From an uncultured delta proteobacterium (lineage in GTDB: Bacteria > Bdellovibrionota > FAC87 > UBA2466), in the NCBI GenBank assembly GCA_963778115.1, contig CAVZSV010000004.1:768001-832000 (forward strand): 64,000 nt of DNA. The letters run 5' to 3'. A model generated the notes under the pieces. The model was not told the DNA's origin. It did not search any database and worked only from the letters and a program-made list of their open reading frames with translations. The position numbers were made by a program, and so were the translations under genes. Shown in pieces: positions 1 to 9,794 of this stretch (position 1 is the first letter of the stretch; each line of letters begins with the position of its first letter).

Positions 1-944
1 TTGGTCGCTTCAATCGCCGTATCCGCGGTAAGCGAGTAGGTCTCCGGCGCGTCCAGCCACGCTTCTAAAAAACTTCCCGTCGCATCGGTTACCCTTCCCC
101 ACATTTTCACCGAGCCTTCTTGATTCATTTTTGCCGAGGGGCCGGATATCCGCTTTTCCACGACGTGCTGAAGAAATGATTTTAGTTTCTGATTCTTTAG
201 CACGGGCTTCATCACCGACATTAAGGCTGTCACCGCCGGCATAATAGCGGGGCCGGCGACATAGACGGTAACGTTGGGTATTTCTGTCGAGTAAAAGGCG
301 GTTGCGACATCTCCCCAGGGGAGCGCTGTGATTCTTCGTTTCTTATCGGAAAAGGCGACCGTTTTCGACACGTGAGCCGTCCTAACCGAAATAATTTTTC
401 CGTTCTTGCGGATAGCACCTCCGTGCTCCCAATGCTCGATCATGGTCTTAATCGTTCCCCGACTAAGTGATCCTTGCGCGGCGAAAGCTAACTCTAAATG
501 GGTTGCCTCCGGCATTCGCGACTTAAGAGTGGCGGCCAAACAATCAGAGGGAACGACATCAAATCCGACACCGGGTAAGAGAGTGACTTGAGCTTTCTTG
601 GCCGCCTCCGATCGCGCGTGCAACTCTTCGAAGACGGAAATCTCTCCAGTAATGTCTAGATAGTGAACCTTTTTTTCAAGACAGGCGTCTGCCATCGGAC
701 GGCTCGTCCGGGAAAAGGGGCCTGCACAGTGCAAAACGGCAGAGACATCGGCCAAACCTTCTCGAGTAGCCTGGGGGTTGGAAAGGTCGAAAATTCGATA
801 AGGTAGAGAAAGCCGTTCAGCCAATCGCTTAACCGCTTCACCTCTTCCGGCCAAAATAGGAGAGAGGCCACGGGATTTTGCCCGCTCAGCAATCAGATTA
901 CCGGTGTAACCGTTGGCACCATAAATCAGCCATAGGTCAGCCAT
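1..944 (-). CDS. Saccharopine dehydrogenase-like NAD(P)-binding oxidoreductase (runs off window start)
   Basis: Not in the ORF track. Manual translation from ATG 944 gives MADLWLIYGANGYTG (Rossmann), VLHCAGPF, HYLDITGE, PGVGFDVVPSDCLA and PWGDVATA; the frame is open to the window edge. Confidence 0.85.
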   Translation of the reverse strand, partial: MADLWLIYGANGYTGNLIAERAKSRGLSPILAGRGEAVKRLAERLSLPYRIFDLSNPQATREGLADVSAVLHCAGPFSRTSRPMADACLEKKVHYLDITGEISVFEELHARSEAAKKAQVTLLPGVGFDVVPSDCLAATLKSRMPEATHLELAFAAQGSLSRGTIKTMIEHWEHGGAIRKNGKIISVRTAHVSKTVAFSDKKRRITALPWGDVATAFYSTEIPNVTVYVAGPAIMPAVTALMSVMKPVLKNQKLKSFLQHVVEKRISGPSAKMNQEGSVKMWGRVTDATGSFLEAWLDAPETYSLTADTAIEAT

Positions 945-954
945 CGCTCTGCCA

Positions 955-1152
955 TCACTTTCCTTGTGGCGCGGCGGAAGGTGAAGTCGACTTACCCGAC
1001 TGCGAGGCCAAATGCCTCTTAGCGGAACGCTTAGCTCGTCGGCTCTGTTTGGTCTTAGGCGTTGGAGTCTGAACCGGTGAGGTGGGATTGGCTACCGCTG
1101 GCCCGGTTAAAGCGGCCAGCAACATTAGTGTTAATCCTTTGGCTTTTTTCAT
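955..1152 (-). CDS. Small secreted Lys/Arg/Ser-rich protein
   Basis: Signal peptide MKKAKGLTLMLLAALTGPAVA, GGAG SD upstream, and it fits exactly between two co-directional genes. Confidence 0.6.
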   Translation of the reverse strand: MKKAKGLTLMLLAALTGPAVANPTSPVQTPTPKTKQSRRAKRSAKRHLASQSGKSTSPSAAPQGK

Positions 1153-1176
1153 GGGCTATCTCCCTGCGCTAAACCA

Positions 1177-2331
1177 TTAGACTATGCCACGAGAGTAAGC
1201 TCGGGCGGTCTTAAAGGTCCTACAATACGCATACCATTGCGCGCACGCCATCTTGAATTCAAGCTTAGCCACACGCAACTCGGCTTTGACCGCAATGACC
1301 TTTCTTCGGGAACTCACCTGAACATTTCTCTTTACGCGGCGATAGTCTTCTTTAATTTCTCTCCAGCGTAGCTGCGCCTCTTCCACTCGGGTCTTGAGTG
1401 CATAGAGCTTTTCAACCGGGGCACCACGCTCGACAAGCTTCACGTGATCGATCTGCATACGCGCGTTTAGGATCACCGGATCGGGAACTCGCTTCAAATT
1501 AGATGCCCAGCCTACAAGAGCCGCAGATCGGATCACCCATTTTGCCGGATCCCAGTGATACCAACGAAAACCATTGCGATAATCGGTTTGGAAACGGTGA
1601 TGGAAGTTATGGTACCCCTCGCCACACGCGAAAAACGCCATGATCATGCTATCGCGAGCGGAATTTTTTAGATAATACGGTTGCCGGCCAAAACAATGGC
1701 AAGCCGAGTTGATGAGAAAGGTGGCGTGTTGGCAAAAAACAACTCGTAAAAAACCCACATAAGCAAAACCTGCTAGGGCCTGGCCGAAAAGACCCCCAAT
1801 AAAACAAGGAAGTAAAAGGCCTACCCCAATGGCCAGCGGAACGAAATAGCGATCCTGCCACATGATGAGCGGATCATTCTTGAGATCCGGCGGAAGGGGA
1901 TATTGGTTGCTCTCTTTCCAGAAAAGCCAACCGATGTGTGCATGGAAAAATCCTTGATTGATATTGTAGGGATCCTCGGTGGTATCGACCTGGCGGTGGT
2001 GTCTGCGGTGATCGGTAGCCCATTCCAAAGCAGATCCCTCAAACGCCGTTGCCCCGACAATGAGGTAAACCAATTTCAAAAATTTATTCGCGGAATAACT
2101 ACGATGCGAAATTAAACGATGATAACCGGCAGTGATGCTAAGAGCCGTGATGGGCCAGCTCACTAAAAAAGCGATCCATGCCCAGGGCTGAAACCCGTGG
2201 TGCATCATGTGGTAAGTTACCAAACTGACAGCGGCGATAGGGGATCCTATCAGCCACCCCACGTTTACCCAGTTGATCTTCCTTTTTTTCCCTGCGACTT
2301 GGGTGCCGTTAATGCCATTTCTAGCCAACAT
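1177..2331 (-). CDS. Acyl-CoA (delta-9) fatty acid desaturase
   Basis: Three His boxes (HRLISH, HRRHH, HNFHH), GEGYHNFHH, TM helices and a coiled-coil C-terminal tail. Confidence 0.93.
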   Translation of the reverse strand: MLARNGINGTQVAGKKRKINWVNVGWLIGSPIAAVSLVTYHMMHHGFQPWAWIAFLVSWPITALSITAGYHRLISHRSYSANKFLKLVYLIVGATAFEGSALEWATDHRRHHRQVDTTEDPYNINQGFFHAHIGWLFWKESNQYPLPPDLKNDPLIMWQDRYFVPLAIGVGLLLPCFIGGLFGQALAGFAYVGFLRVVFCQHATFLINSACHCFGRQPYYLKNSARDSMIMAFFACGEGYHNFHHRFQTDYRNGFRWYHWDPAKWVIRSAALVGWASNLKRVPDPVILNARMQIDHVKLVERGAPVEKLYALKTRVEEAQLRWREIKEDYRRVKRNVQVSSRRKVIAVKAELRVAKLEFKMACAQWYAYCRTFKTARAYSRGIV

Positions 2332-2623
2332 TTAGAATTCTCCTAGCTCTCTCAAGTCTATCGCGCGCAGATCACCGGCGTACAGTGAATTCGTCGTCAC
2401 CAAAGCGCAAAAACCCCTCGACTTTTTACTCTCCACAGCGGGATCGCGCCCCGCCGCGCCAAGAAAAACAACTTAACCCTGACAGTCGGGCTGGGCTACG
2501 TACGTTATTCTAGAATCTGTCAATCACTGTATCTTTGTGACCTTGTCTGACCGCTGAACGGCAAAGGTTCACACCCGCAAAAATTGGCGTTATAGTCCGG
2601 GTTACGGGGCCAGGAAACTGGGA

Positions 2624-3568
2624 ATGGGGGGGAACATTTTAATACGTAAAAGCACCAAAGCGCCTAACGGCACTCACGGAAATAGCACCAATCATAATGG
2701 CACGCGGATTCTGGGCATCGACCCCATCCTTTTGTTCTTCCATAACGTCACCGGCACCTTCAGCCCGAATCGCCAGTGGTTGCGTAGCTTTACCCCGAAG
2801 GCCAAGATCGAATTCGAACGCGGCAACTATCTCGTTAAGACCGTGGAATCACGCGCCGAACTCGAAGAGGTTTTGCGCCTTAGGTATGACGTGTTTCACC
2901 GAGAGCATTTGCAGCGCAAAATGCCGGTGGGAATCGATTGCGATAGGTTCGATAGGCTGGCCGACCATCTGGTCATTAAAGATAGAACGACAGGACGCAT
3001 TGTCGGCACGTACCGATTGATCTCCTCGCAATATTCGCTCGAATTTTACTCGCAGTCGGAATTCTCTTTAGGAGCTTTGACGCAGCTGCCGGGAACGAAA
3101 CTTGAACTCAGCCGGGCTTGTATCCACCGCGATTACCGAACCGGCCAAGTGATGCACCTCTTATGGAGAGGGCTGGCTCGCTATATCCAGGAGTGCGGAG
3201 TCGACTATCTATTCGGAATGGCGAGTATCTGGTCCATGGATCCTTTAGAAGTGGGAAAGATTTACGGCTACTTGGCCAAAGCGGGCCACATACGGCACGA
3301 CTTAAATATCTTTCCCACCGAGAAGTGCCGGTTCGGCGGCTTCTCCCCCGATAAGAACTTACAGCCTAATCCTGAAGAGGTTAAAGGATCTCCCATCGCG
3401 GAGCTGGTACCCCCTCTTTTGCAATCCTATCTCAAAATGGGGGCTCAAATCTGTCCAGATCCGGCGCTGGATAGCGACTTTAGATGTGTCGACTTTCTCA
3501 CTATCCTAAAGATCGCCGATCTCAATAAGAGTTACGAAAAGCGCTACGCCCAACGCGCGGCGAACTAG
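2624..3568 (+). CDS. GNAT N-acyltransferase (OlsB / putative-hemolysin-like)
   Basis: LRLRYDVF, DRFD..ADHL, VGTYRL, LELSRACIHRDYR, PPLLQSYLKMGA, PALDSDF. True start may be downstream. Confidence 0.85.
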   Translation: MGGNILIRKSTKAPNGTHGNSTNHNGTRILGIDPILLFFHNVTGTFSPNRQWLRSFTPKAKIEFERGNYLVKTVESRAELEEVLRLRYDVFHREHLQRKMPVGIDCDRFDRLADHLVIKDRTTGRIVGTYRLISSQYSLEFYSQSEFSLGALTQLPGTKLELSRACIHRDYRTGQVMHLLWRGLARYIQECGVDYLFGMASIWSMDPLEVGKIYGYLAKAGHIRHDLNIFPTEKCRFGGFSPDKNLQPNPEEVKGSPIAELVPPLLQSYLKMGAQICPDPALDSDFRCVDFLTILKIADLNKSYEKRYAQRAAN

Positions 3569-3577
3569 CTTCAGATT

Positions 3578-3604
3578 TAAGCCTGCCTTCCGGTAAACCG
3601 AATA
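3578..3604 (+). promoter_or_regulatory. sigma28 (FliA)-like promoter
   Basis: TAAG-N15-ACCGAATA versus consensus TAAA-N15-GCCGATAA, 35 nt before the carboxypeptidase start. Confidence 0.4.
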
Positions 3605-3638
3605 GATTAAGGATCGCCCTTCTATTCGCAGGTTCTTA

Positions 3639-4667
3639 ATGATTACCGGTTTGCCCGAAATGGTGGAGCTCGAAAAAGTGCTCAAAGGTCTTCCCTCCTC
3701 CGCCCGGGTGGAGACCTTAGCAACCGTGGAATGCAAAGGGCAAAAGTTTCCTATCCACGCCGTCTCAGCCGGAGTTACCGATCCTAAAGCCCCCACCATA
3801 GGTTATTTCGCAGGAGTCCACGGATTAGAACGCATCGGCACTCGAGTCGCAATTTCCTACTTAAAAACACTTTCCCATTTGATGCGCTGGGACCCTTCGA
3901 TGAATTTCTTTTTGACCAAAGCGCGCATTGTCTTTGTCCCTCTGATCAATCCCACGGGAATGTTTCTGCAGAGCCGATCGAATGCCAATGGCGTTGACCT
4001 CATGCGTAATGCTCCGGTCGAGGCCGAAAAGGTCTCCAAATACTTTCTTGTCGCAGGACACCGCATCTCACCCCGACTTCCCTGGTATCGGGGAGTCCAG
4101 GGAGCTCCAATGGAAGTCGAAGCCCAAGCCGTTTGCGACTTTGTGCGTCGGGAAATCTTTCCCGCTTCCGTTTCGATAGCTCTAGATATCCATTCCGGTT
4201 ACGGCACCAAAGACCGGTTATGGTTTCCCTATGCTAAGACCGTTAAGCCCTTTCCCAATTTGGCTGAAGTCTACGCGCTTAAAGATTTACTTGATGTTAC
4301 TTACCCCAATCACGTTTATGCCGTGGAGCCACAGTCGCTCCAGTATACGACCCATGGAGATCTCTGGGACTTCCTCTATGACGAATACCGAAAGCGAGAG
4401 GAAAATGGCCTTTTCTTGCCCCTAGCCCTGGAATTGGGCTCCTGGATGTGGGTGAAGAAAAATCCCAGGCAACTGTTTTCGCTCCTAGGAGTCTTTAACC
4501 CCTTACTTCCCCACCGCTACAAAAGAGCCCTTCGACGCCATTTGACGCTCTTTGACTTTTTGCTGCGATCGATCTGCGGGGCCAATGCATGGGCTTTACT
4601 GGAACCGCAAAAAAAGAAGCAATTAGAACAAGACGCGTTACACTTATGGTATGGAAAAGTCGCATAG
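3639..4667 (+). CDS. M14-family zinc carboxypeptidase-like protein
   Basis: Zn ligands HGLE and DIHSG, RSNANGVDLMRN motif, LELG catalytic Glu. Confidence 0.85.
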   Translation: MITGLPEMVELEKVLKGLPSSARVETLATVECKGQKFPIHAVSAGVTDPKAPTIGYFAGVHGLERIGTRVAISYLKTLSHLMRWDPSMNFFLTKARIVFVPLINPTGMFLQSRSNANGVDLMRNAPVEAEKVSKYFLVAGHRISPRLPWYRGVQGAPMEVEAQAVCDFVRREIFPASVSIALDIHSGYGTKDRLWFPYAKTVKPFPNLAEVYALKDLLDVTYPNHVYAVEPQSLQYTTHGDLWDFLYDEYRKREENGLFLPLALELGSWMWVKKNPRQLFSLLGVFNPLLPHRYKRALRRHLTLFDFLLRSICGANAWALLEPQKKKQLEQDALHLWYGKVA

Positions 4668-5457
4668 CTCGCAACCCTCCCAGGTCTCTCCCACTAATTG
4701 GATCTTGATTCGCGGAATGAGTCGAGCCTCGGACCACTGGGGCAGTTATCCCAAACAATTTGAACACGAAGTGGAAGGGGCCCACGTCTATTCTCTCGAT
4801 GTTCCCGGGACGGGAAAGCTTTTGGATAAAAAGAGTCCAACGAACATCGCCGAAATGACCGACTTCTTGCGGCAAAGCTATCGAAGCCAGGTTCCCGTCG
4901 AAAGCTTGGCACTTCCCACTTTTCTGATGGGGATGTCGATGGGGGGAATGATTGTCCTCGACTGGCTAGATAGATATCCCGACGATCTGGCGGGAGCTAT
5001 CACCATCAACACGAGTGCTGGCAAGATTAATCCTGTATACCGCAGACTAAATCCCACAGCACTCTTCGCTTTTTTAAGAATTGGCGCTACCCGAGATCCC
5101 AGACAAAGAGAGAAACTCATTTTAAATCTAACCGCCCAGAATCCCGAAAGAAGGAATAACGCGTTAGATGCTTGGAGTGACTTGGCAGTTAAGGCCCCTA
5201 TCACTTTGGAAAATTCAGCCCGTCAATTACTGGCCTCAGCCCAATTTCGTTTGCCGCGCACCCCTCCCCGCAAACCTTTGCTTTTACTCAATGCCGCTTA
5301 CGATCGCATCGCCCACCCCTGCTGTTCGAGAAAGATAGCCGAACGCTGGCGGGCAACACTTAAAACCCATCCCCGCGCGGGCCACGATCTTCCCATCGAC
5401 GATCCTCAATGGATCATTGAGGCAGTACAAGAGTGGCGAAAAAACCAAAACCTCTAG
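4651..5457 (+). CDS. Alpha/beta hydrolase
   Basis: GMSMGG nucleophile elbow, LDVPGTG, AYDRI, AGHDLPIDDP. Confidence 0.88.
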   Translation: MEKSHSSQPSQVSPTNWILIRGMSRASDHWGSYPKQFEHEVEGAHVYSLDVPGTGKLLDKKSPTNIAEMTDFLRQSYRSQVPVESLALPTFLMGMSMGGMIVLDWLDRYPDDLAGAITINTSAGKINPVYRRLNPTALFAFLRIGATRDPRQREKLILNLTAQNPERRNNALDAWSDLAVKAPITLENSARQLLASAQFRLPRTPPRKPLLLLNAAYDRIAHPCCSRKIAERWRATLKTHPRAGHDLPIDDPQWIIEAVQEWRKNQNL

Positions 5458-5469
5458 TCCCATCCTTTC

Positions 5470-5498
5470 TTGAATCGCTCCTAAACCCGAGGTAAATT
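5470..5498 (+). promoter_or_regulatory. sigma70-like promoter for bcp
   Basis: TTGAAT-N17-TAAATT followed by GGAGG SD and ATG 5520. Confidence 0.4.
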
Positions 5499-5519
5499 CT
5501 CTTCATTTTCGGAGGACCC

Positions 5520-5978
5520 ATGCTTAACGTCGGTGACAAAGCCCCAGCCTTTACCTTGCCCTCGGATGAAGGGGAGAAAATTTCACTCTCGGATTTTAAG
5601 GGTAAAACCGTGGTCTTATACTTTTATCCCAAGGATATGACCCCCGGCTGCACGACGGAGGCTTGTGATTTTCGAGATCTCTTTGACAAGTTCAAAAAGA
5701 AAAAAAGCGTCGTATTGGGAGTCAGTCGCGATAGCGTCGATAGGCACGCGAGCTTTAAAGCGAAGCAGAAGCTTAACTTCTCTTTACTCTCGGACGAAAG
5801 CGGGAAGGTCTGCGAAGCTTACGGAGTTTGGAAAGAGAAATCGCTATACGGAAGAAAATTCATGGGAATCGAGCGATCGACTTTCGTGATTGGTGGCGAC
5901 GGAAAGATCAAAGAGATTTATGCCAAGGTAAAAGTGAATGGCCATGCAGACAAGGTGCTAGAGGGTATTGGAAAATAA
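5520..5978 (+). CDS. bcp: Peroxiredoxin Bcp/PrxQ
   Basis: YFYPKDMTPGCTTEACDFRD and GIERSTF. Confidence 0.95.
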   Translation: MLNVGDKAPAFTLPSDEGEKISLSDFKGKTVVLYFYPKDMTPGCTTEACDFRDLFDKFKKKKSVVLGVSRDSVDRHASFKAKQKLNFSLLSDESGKVCEAYGVWKEKSLYGRKFMGIERSTFVIGGDGKIKEIYAKVKVNGHADKVLEGIGK

Positions 5979-5981
5979 AAA

Positions 5982-6432
5982 CTAGGGGCTTGGTTTCGCC
6001 TTCCAAAACATACTAGAGAGACGATTGTACTCTTCTGAAAAGTCACTGCTACTGGGATCATCCCCTTCGCCAACCCCAATAAAAGCATTGCTCTCTCGGC
6101 ATCTTCGGCTCTGCGATTCAAGTCATCCGTATAAGTATCCGCAGAATCCAGAGTCTCTTGTTCACCCGAAAAAGCATTTTCGGTGGGAGGGGCATCCGGC
6201 GAAGGCTCATAACCATCCATGAAAGAGTTTCCCTCGGTGGATCCACGGCATCGAGAAAGGCATTCCGCTTTTCCAGATTTCGATACTCGGTGTAGCCGTA
6301 GTAGCCGGTGGCCCCTCCGGGGGTATCGCTCGATGAGGAGTCGGATCCCGCAGTAGAATCGACCACGTCGCCGAAGGCGAGACCTGAGAGGAGCAAGACC
6401 ACTAAAGCAAATTGAGAGAGAGGGTGTTTCAC
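5982..6432 (-). pseudogene. Acidic secreted protein (~150 aa) broken by two apparent 1-nt deletions (pseudogene or sequencing error)
   Basis: Signal peptide in frame 1; N[AS]F-containing acidic segments continue in frames 2 and 3. Adding one base near 6240 and one near 6095 gives a 150-aa ORF ending at TAG 5982, 4 nt from the bcp stop. Confidence 0.6.
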
Positions 6433-6439
6433 ACTCTGC

Positions 6440-6466
6440 TTATCGGAAGGGGACAGGAGATCTTGA
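6440..6466 (-). promoter_or_regulatory. sigma28 (FliA)-like promoter
   Basis: TCAA-N15-TCCGATAA immediately upstream of GTG 6432. Confidence 0.5.
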
Positions 6467-6559
6467 ACTTAACGACGCTCCTTCTTGTGCTTGGAGATAG
6501 CCTAAGTACCACTCCGAAAGGGCTACGTCCCTTACCTCTGCACCGTCTATAATGAGCCA

Positions 6560-8302
6560 ATGCCTGTCACAGCCTACTTCTGGCTAATGGCCCTCCATGT
6601 CATTGCGGCTAGTCCTCCCGCCGCTATTCACGCTCCCCCGACTTCACGCATCGCAAGAACCGAAGACGCTTCCGAACTCCAGAAAATACTAGCCTGCACT
6701 TCCCTGGGGTACCTCTTACGAGGACGCGCCACCCCAAAAACAGCGGAAGAATGGAAAGCCTTGCTTGCGGGATTCGGAACCGTCAGCGAAACGAGCAACG
6801 TCTTCTCCGATGCGGTTGAGAACTCCAACCTAGAAAACCCTAGGCACCAAATCAGTCTTAAGGATTCCAAATTTAAAAATGACACCCTAACCCCGGACCT
6901 AGCGAACCGGGTCTTTATCGCTTCTAACCTCACGGTTAAAACCGAGCCAGCCCATTTCGAAGTACGCAAAGTGGAACTGCAAACGTGGAACTGGAAGAAA
7001 AAGCATTTCGAATTTGGAGTCGTGGAGAAGAACGAAAACGGCGAATGGGAATTAAAGCTTTTGCCGTTAGGCAACTGCAGTAGTTGCCACAAAAATGGGG
7101 CACAAGCCTACCGGGGATCTCCTTGGAGTAACGGCAATGCCGGCCCTATTGCCGATGCGCTACGTGAGACCCTACCGAAAGAGCTTCTAGGGGATCGACC
7201 CGGCTCTATCAATCTTTTTGGAGATATTGCCGTTTATGATGCGAGGATTCGAGCCGCAGCCAATCTTTTTCGACAGCATCAAGTGCCCTTGCTCGTCAAA
7301 AATCCCAACGATCAAATTAAGTTCCTAACCAATTTGCTAACGCGCGAACTTTTCGAAAAGCCCGAAAATACGGGGCTTCTCAGAGATGCTCAAGTGGCAA
7401 GACTTCAAGCTCTCTCCAAAGACATCGAGGGGATGGAACTACCCGCTAACGCCTCGGCATTTCTGTCGGACAAATTAAAGGATGTTCCTCTAAGCAAAGC
7501 CATGGGACTTTCTCGGGAGCCCACCGCCGAAGAGGTGATCCAATACAGCAAAAAACGCTTTGAAGAAGACTTCGTTCCTCACGAAGCGCTCTCTCCCAAA
7601 AACAGTAGCGCTTTCGAACCGCCTCTCTCTCCCCAAGAGGTCTTAGGACGCCCCTTAAGTGGTGCTATTGGGGATCTTAAATTAGATAATGAGGATGTGG
7701 CCTCCCGATGGCTCAAAAACAGCGTCGAAAACATCTTTCGTTCTCGAGGAGAAAAACCAAATTCCGAAGAGTACGTAAAACTTTTGGAAGAGGTGGTCAG
7801 AAAAGCTTTAAACGAACCTGAACTCAAAGCCTTTATCGATAGAGGAATTATCCCCGAACGGCACGAGCTCTTACCAGCATTGCGAACTTCCTTGGTGCAC
7901 GTCTTAAAAAGAGATTATCCGAGAGCAAAACCGGAAGCCGAATTGGAGCCGCTTCCGCCGTTAGATCCCTATCTTAAAGATTGTTACCCCACTCCAGAGC
8001 TAGCGAGTGTGATCGTTAGGACTACCGAAGCGTGTGGTAGATGCCATATCGGTCCTGAAGCTCAGAAACTGCTTCCCACGGATCCGTTAGACCCCGTTAA
8101 ATTAGCGGCATGGGGTTCCAAGAACACACGTCAAGTGAAGGAGAAATTTTTTAAAGCGATCTACCAGCGCCTCTTCATCCTACGCGATATGCCCCCGCCG
8201 GAAGACCCGGAAGACAAACTCGTTGATAGAGCTTCCGATCAGATGAAAAAACTTCGTACGTTTCTAGAGGGAGAGGTCCCTCTACTTGCGCAGACTCGCT
8301 AA
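6560..8302 (+). CDS. Uncharacterised diheme c-type cytochrome-like protein
   Basis: Two CxxCH motifs (CSSCH 7076-7090, CGRCH 8033-8047), DMPP candidate distal Met, hydrophobic N-terminus. Confidence 0.65.
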   Translation: MPVTAYFWLMALHVIAASPPAAIHAPPTSRIARTEDASELQKILACTSLGYLLRGRATPKTAEEWKALLAGFGTVSETSNVFSDAVENSNLENPRHQISLKDSKFKNDTLTPDLANRVFIASNLTVKTEPAHFEVRKVELQTWNWKKKHFEFGVVEKNENGEWELKLLPLGNCSSCHKNGAQAYRGSPWSNGNAGPIADALRETLPKELLGDRPGSINLFGDIAVYDARIRAAANLFRQHQVPLLVKNPNDQIKFLTNLLTRELFEKPENTGLLRDAQVARLQALSKDIEGMELPANASAFLSDKLKDVPLSKAMGLSREPTAEEVIQYSKKRFEEDFVPHEALSPKNSSAFEPPLSPQEVLGRPLSGAIGDLKLDNEDVASRWLKNSVENIFRSRGEKPNSEEYVKLLEEVVRKALNEPELKAFIDRGIIPERHELLPALRTSLVHVLKRDYPRAKPEAELEPLPPLDPYLKDCYPTPELASVIVRTTEACGRCHIGPEAQKLLPTDPLDPVKLAAWGSKNTRQVKEKFFKAIYQRLFILRDMPPPEDPEDKLVDRASDQMKKLRTFLEGEVPLLAQTR

Positions 8303-8312
8303 GATACTATCT

Positions 8313-9740
8313 CTAGTTGCCCTGGACGGGCTTTAGCTTTCCCGAAGTGGAGTCATATTGGTACTCCTTGGGTGCTTGCTCGCCTTCGGGATAATGCAAA
8401 GGCGCTAGGATATTATCTCTCATCCGATCAATGTCCTTATCAGATAATCGGACTCCTCTATTAAAGGCGTCCTGCACTTGCAAATAGAGTTGATTGGCGA
8501 CAGCGCTCCTCTTGGCCTCGTCTGATATTGGCACCCGAAGGACAGATGCGATGGTTCTCTGATAGTGGCTGCTACTCGATGGCACCGGACTGAGTTTGGT
8601 AGTGAAACCCATTAGGGACTCGTCAGGTATGGTGACCGAAGGAGCTTTCTCGGGTTTATCAGTTTGATACTCGTCTTTTAAGTCGAGAGCTTTGACCAAT
8701 TGACTGAAATCGGGATCGGGGCCCGGTTTCTGTTTCCCTAATTCCTTGAGCAAACCATCAAGGGTTTTTACGGTGAGATCTTCCTCGGTACTTGAAGTAA
8801 GTGCCTTAGCGCACTGGTGGCGGTAATCGCGAACTTCGTTATCCAAGAAAGCCGCGAAGGCGTCCTCAAGAGGCTTTCTTACACTGATCGTAAATTGATC
8901 TCTTTTGGTCTCCGTGACAGAGTCTAAAATCTTAGGATCCGAAGCGGTTGGCGTTAATAGACCATCGACGCCAAAGTTTTTAACTAGCAGAGCTCTTTCA
9001 AAATCCTGTTGCAGGTTAGCTTTAGCTTTCACATGCCCGTCGCTGATACTTTTTCGAATGGCCTCTCCGGTAAGACAGCCATTTAACTGTCCCAAGATAC
9101 CCGCGATCTTTTGTCGAAGCTTTGCTTCAGCGGAGTCACGTAGGCAGCGATTGACATCAAGGTACACCCCTCGAAGTTTTTCGAAGGAGGCCTTAAATAC
9201 GACTGCCGCGTCGCTCTCGGAAGTCAGTCGATTGATAAACGCTTTCATTTCAGGACTGCCGCAATCTCTGACGTTTTGCAGGTCACCTAACAAAGAAAGT
9301 TTAAGTTCATTGTGTTTGGCTAAGACCGATTTATTCTTAGTTTCACTTTCACGGACCTTTTCCACCGTTTTATTAGCCTGGTCATCGACACGAATTCCAA
9401 AATCTCCTAGCCGAAGTGCCCTAGGATCCGCATCAATCCCCTGGCTTGCCACGAACGGGGGGAGAGAGTTACCGAGTCTTTGACCGCTCCACCCCTGCCC
9501 CATACCTCCACTATCTCCGTGGCCTTTATCGTTGGGCCCTGGCGTCTGTTTCTCTTCTTCCGGGGACTTGAGGCTAGAATCGAGTCTTGAGCGGCGCTGG
9601 CCTCCTACCATTTGTCCGATCGAAGGTGGTTGCTGCTGCTGGATTACTTGGATATTTATCCCGCTTTCCGCCATCACCACCGTGGGCAGTTGAAAAGCGG
9701 CAAGAATAGCCAAACTCAAAATAATATTTACCTTTTTCAT
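8313..9740 (-). CDS. Secreted hypothetical protein, paralog of 9795..10982
   Basis: ATG 9740 with GGGAG SD, signal peptide MKKVNIILSLAILAAFQLPTVVMA, and motifs shared with the neighbour. Confidence 0.75.
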   Translation of the reverse strand: MKKVNIILSLAILAAFQLPTVVMAESGINIQVIQQQQPPSIGQMVGGQRRSRLDSSLKSPEEEKQTPGPNDKGHGDSGGMGQGWSGQRLGNSLPPFVASQGIDADPRALRLGDFGIRVDDQANKTVEKVRESETKNKSVLAKHNELKLSLLGDLQNVRDCGSPEMKAFINRLTSESDAAVVFKASFEKLRGVYLDVNRCLRDSAEAKLRQKIAGILGQLNGCLTGEAIRKSISDGHVKAKANLQQDFERALLVKNFGVDGLLTPTASDPKILDSVTETKRDQFTISVRKPLEDAFAAFLDNEVRDYRHQCAKALTSSTEEDLTVKTLDGLLKELGKQKPGPDPDFSQLVKALDLKDEYQTDKPEKAPSVTIPDESLMGFTTKLSPVPSSSSHYQRTIASVLRVPISDEAKRSAVANQLYLQVQDAFNRGVRLSDKDIDRMRDNILAPLHYPEGEQAPKEYQYDSTSGKLKPVQGN

Positions 9741-9794
9741 CACGACTCCCCCATCAAACTCTTTCTTAAAGATTTTCATCGTCAGGTCGAATAC

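Noticed and set aside
2376..2402. FabR/DesT-like operator upstream of the desaturase (GGCGTACAGTGAATTCGTCGTCAC)
   Set aside because: Only partial resemblance and poor symmetry; no regulator gene adjacent.
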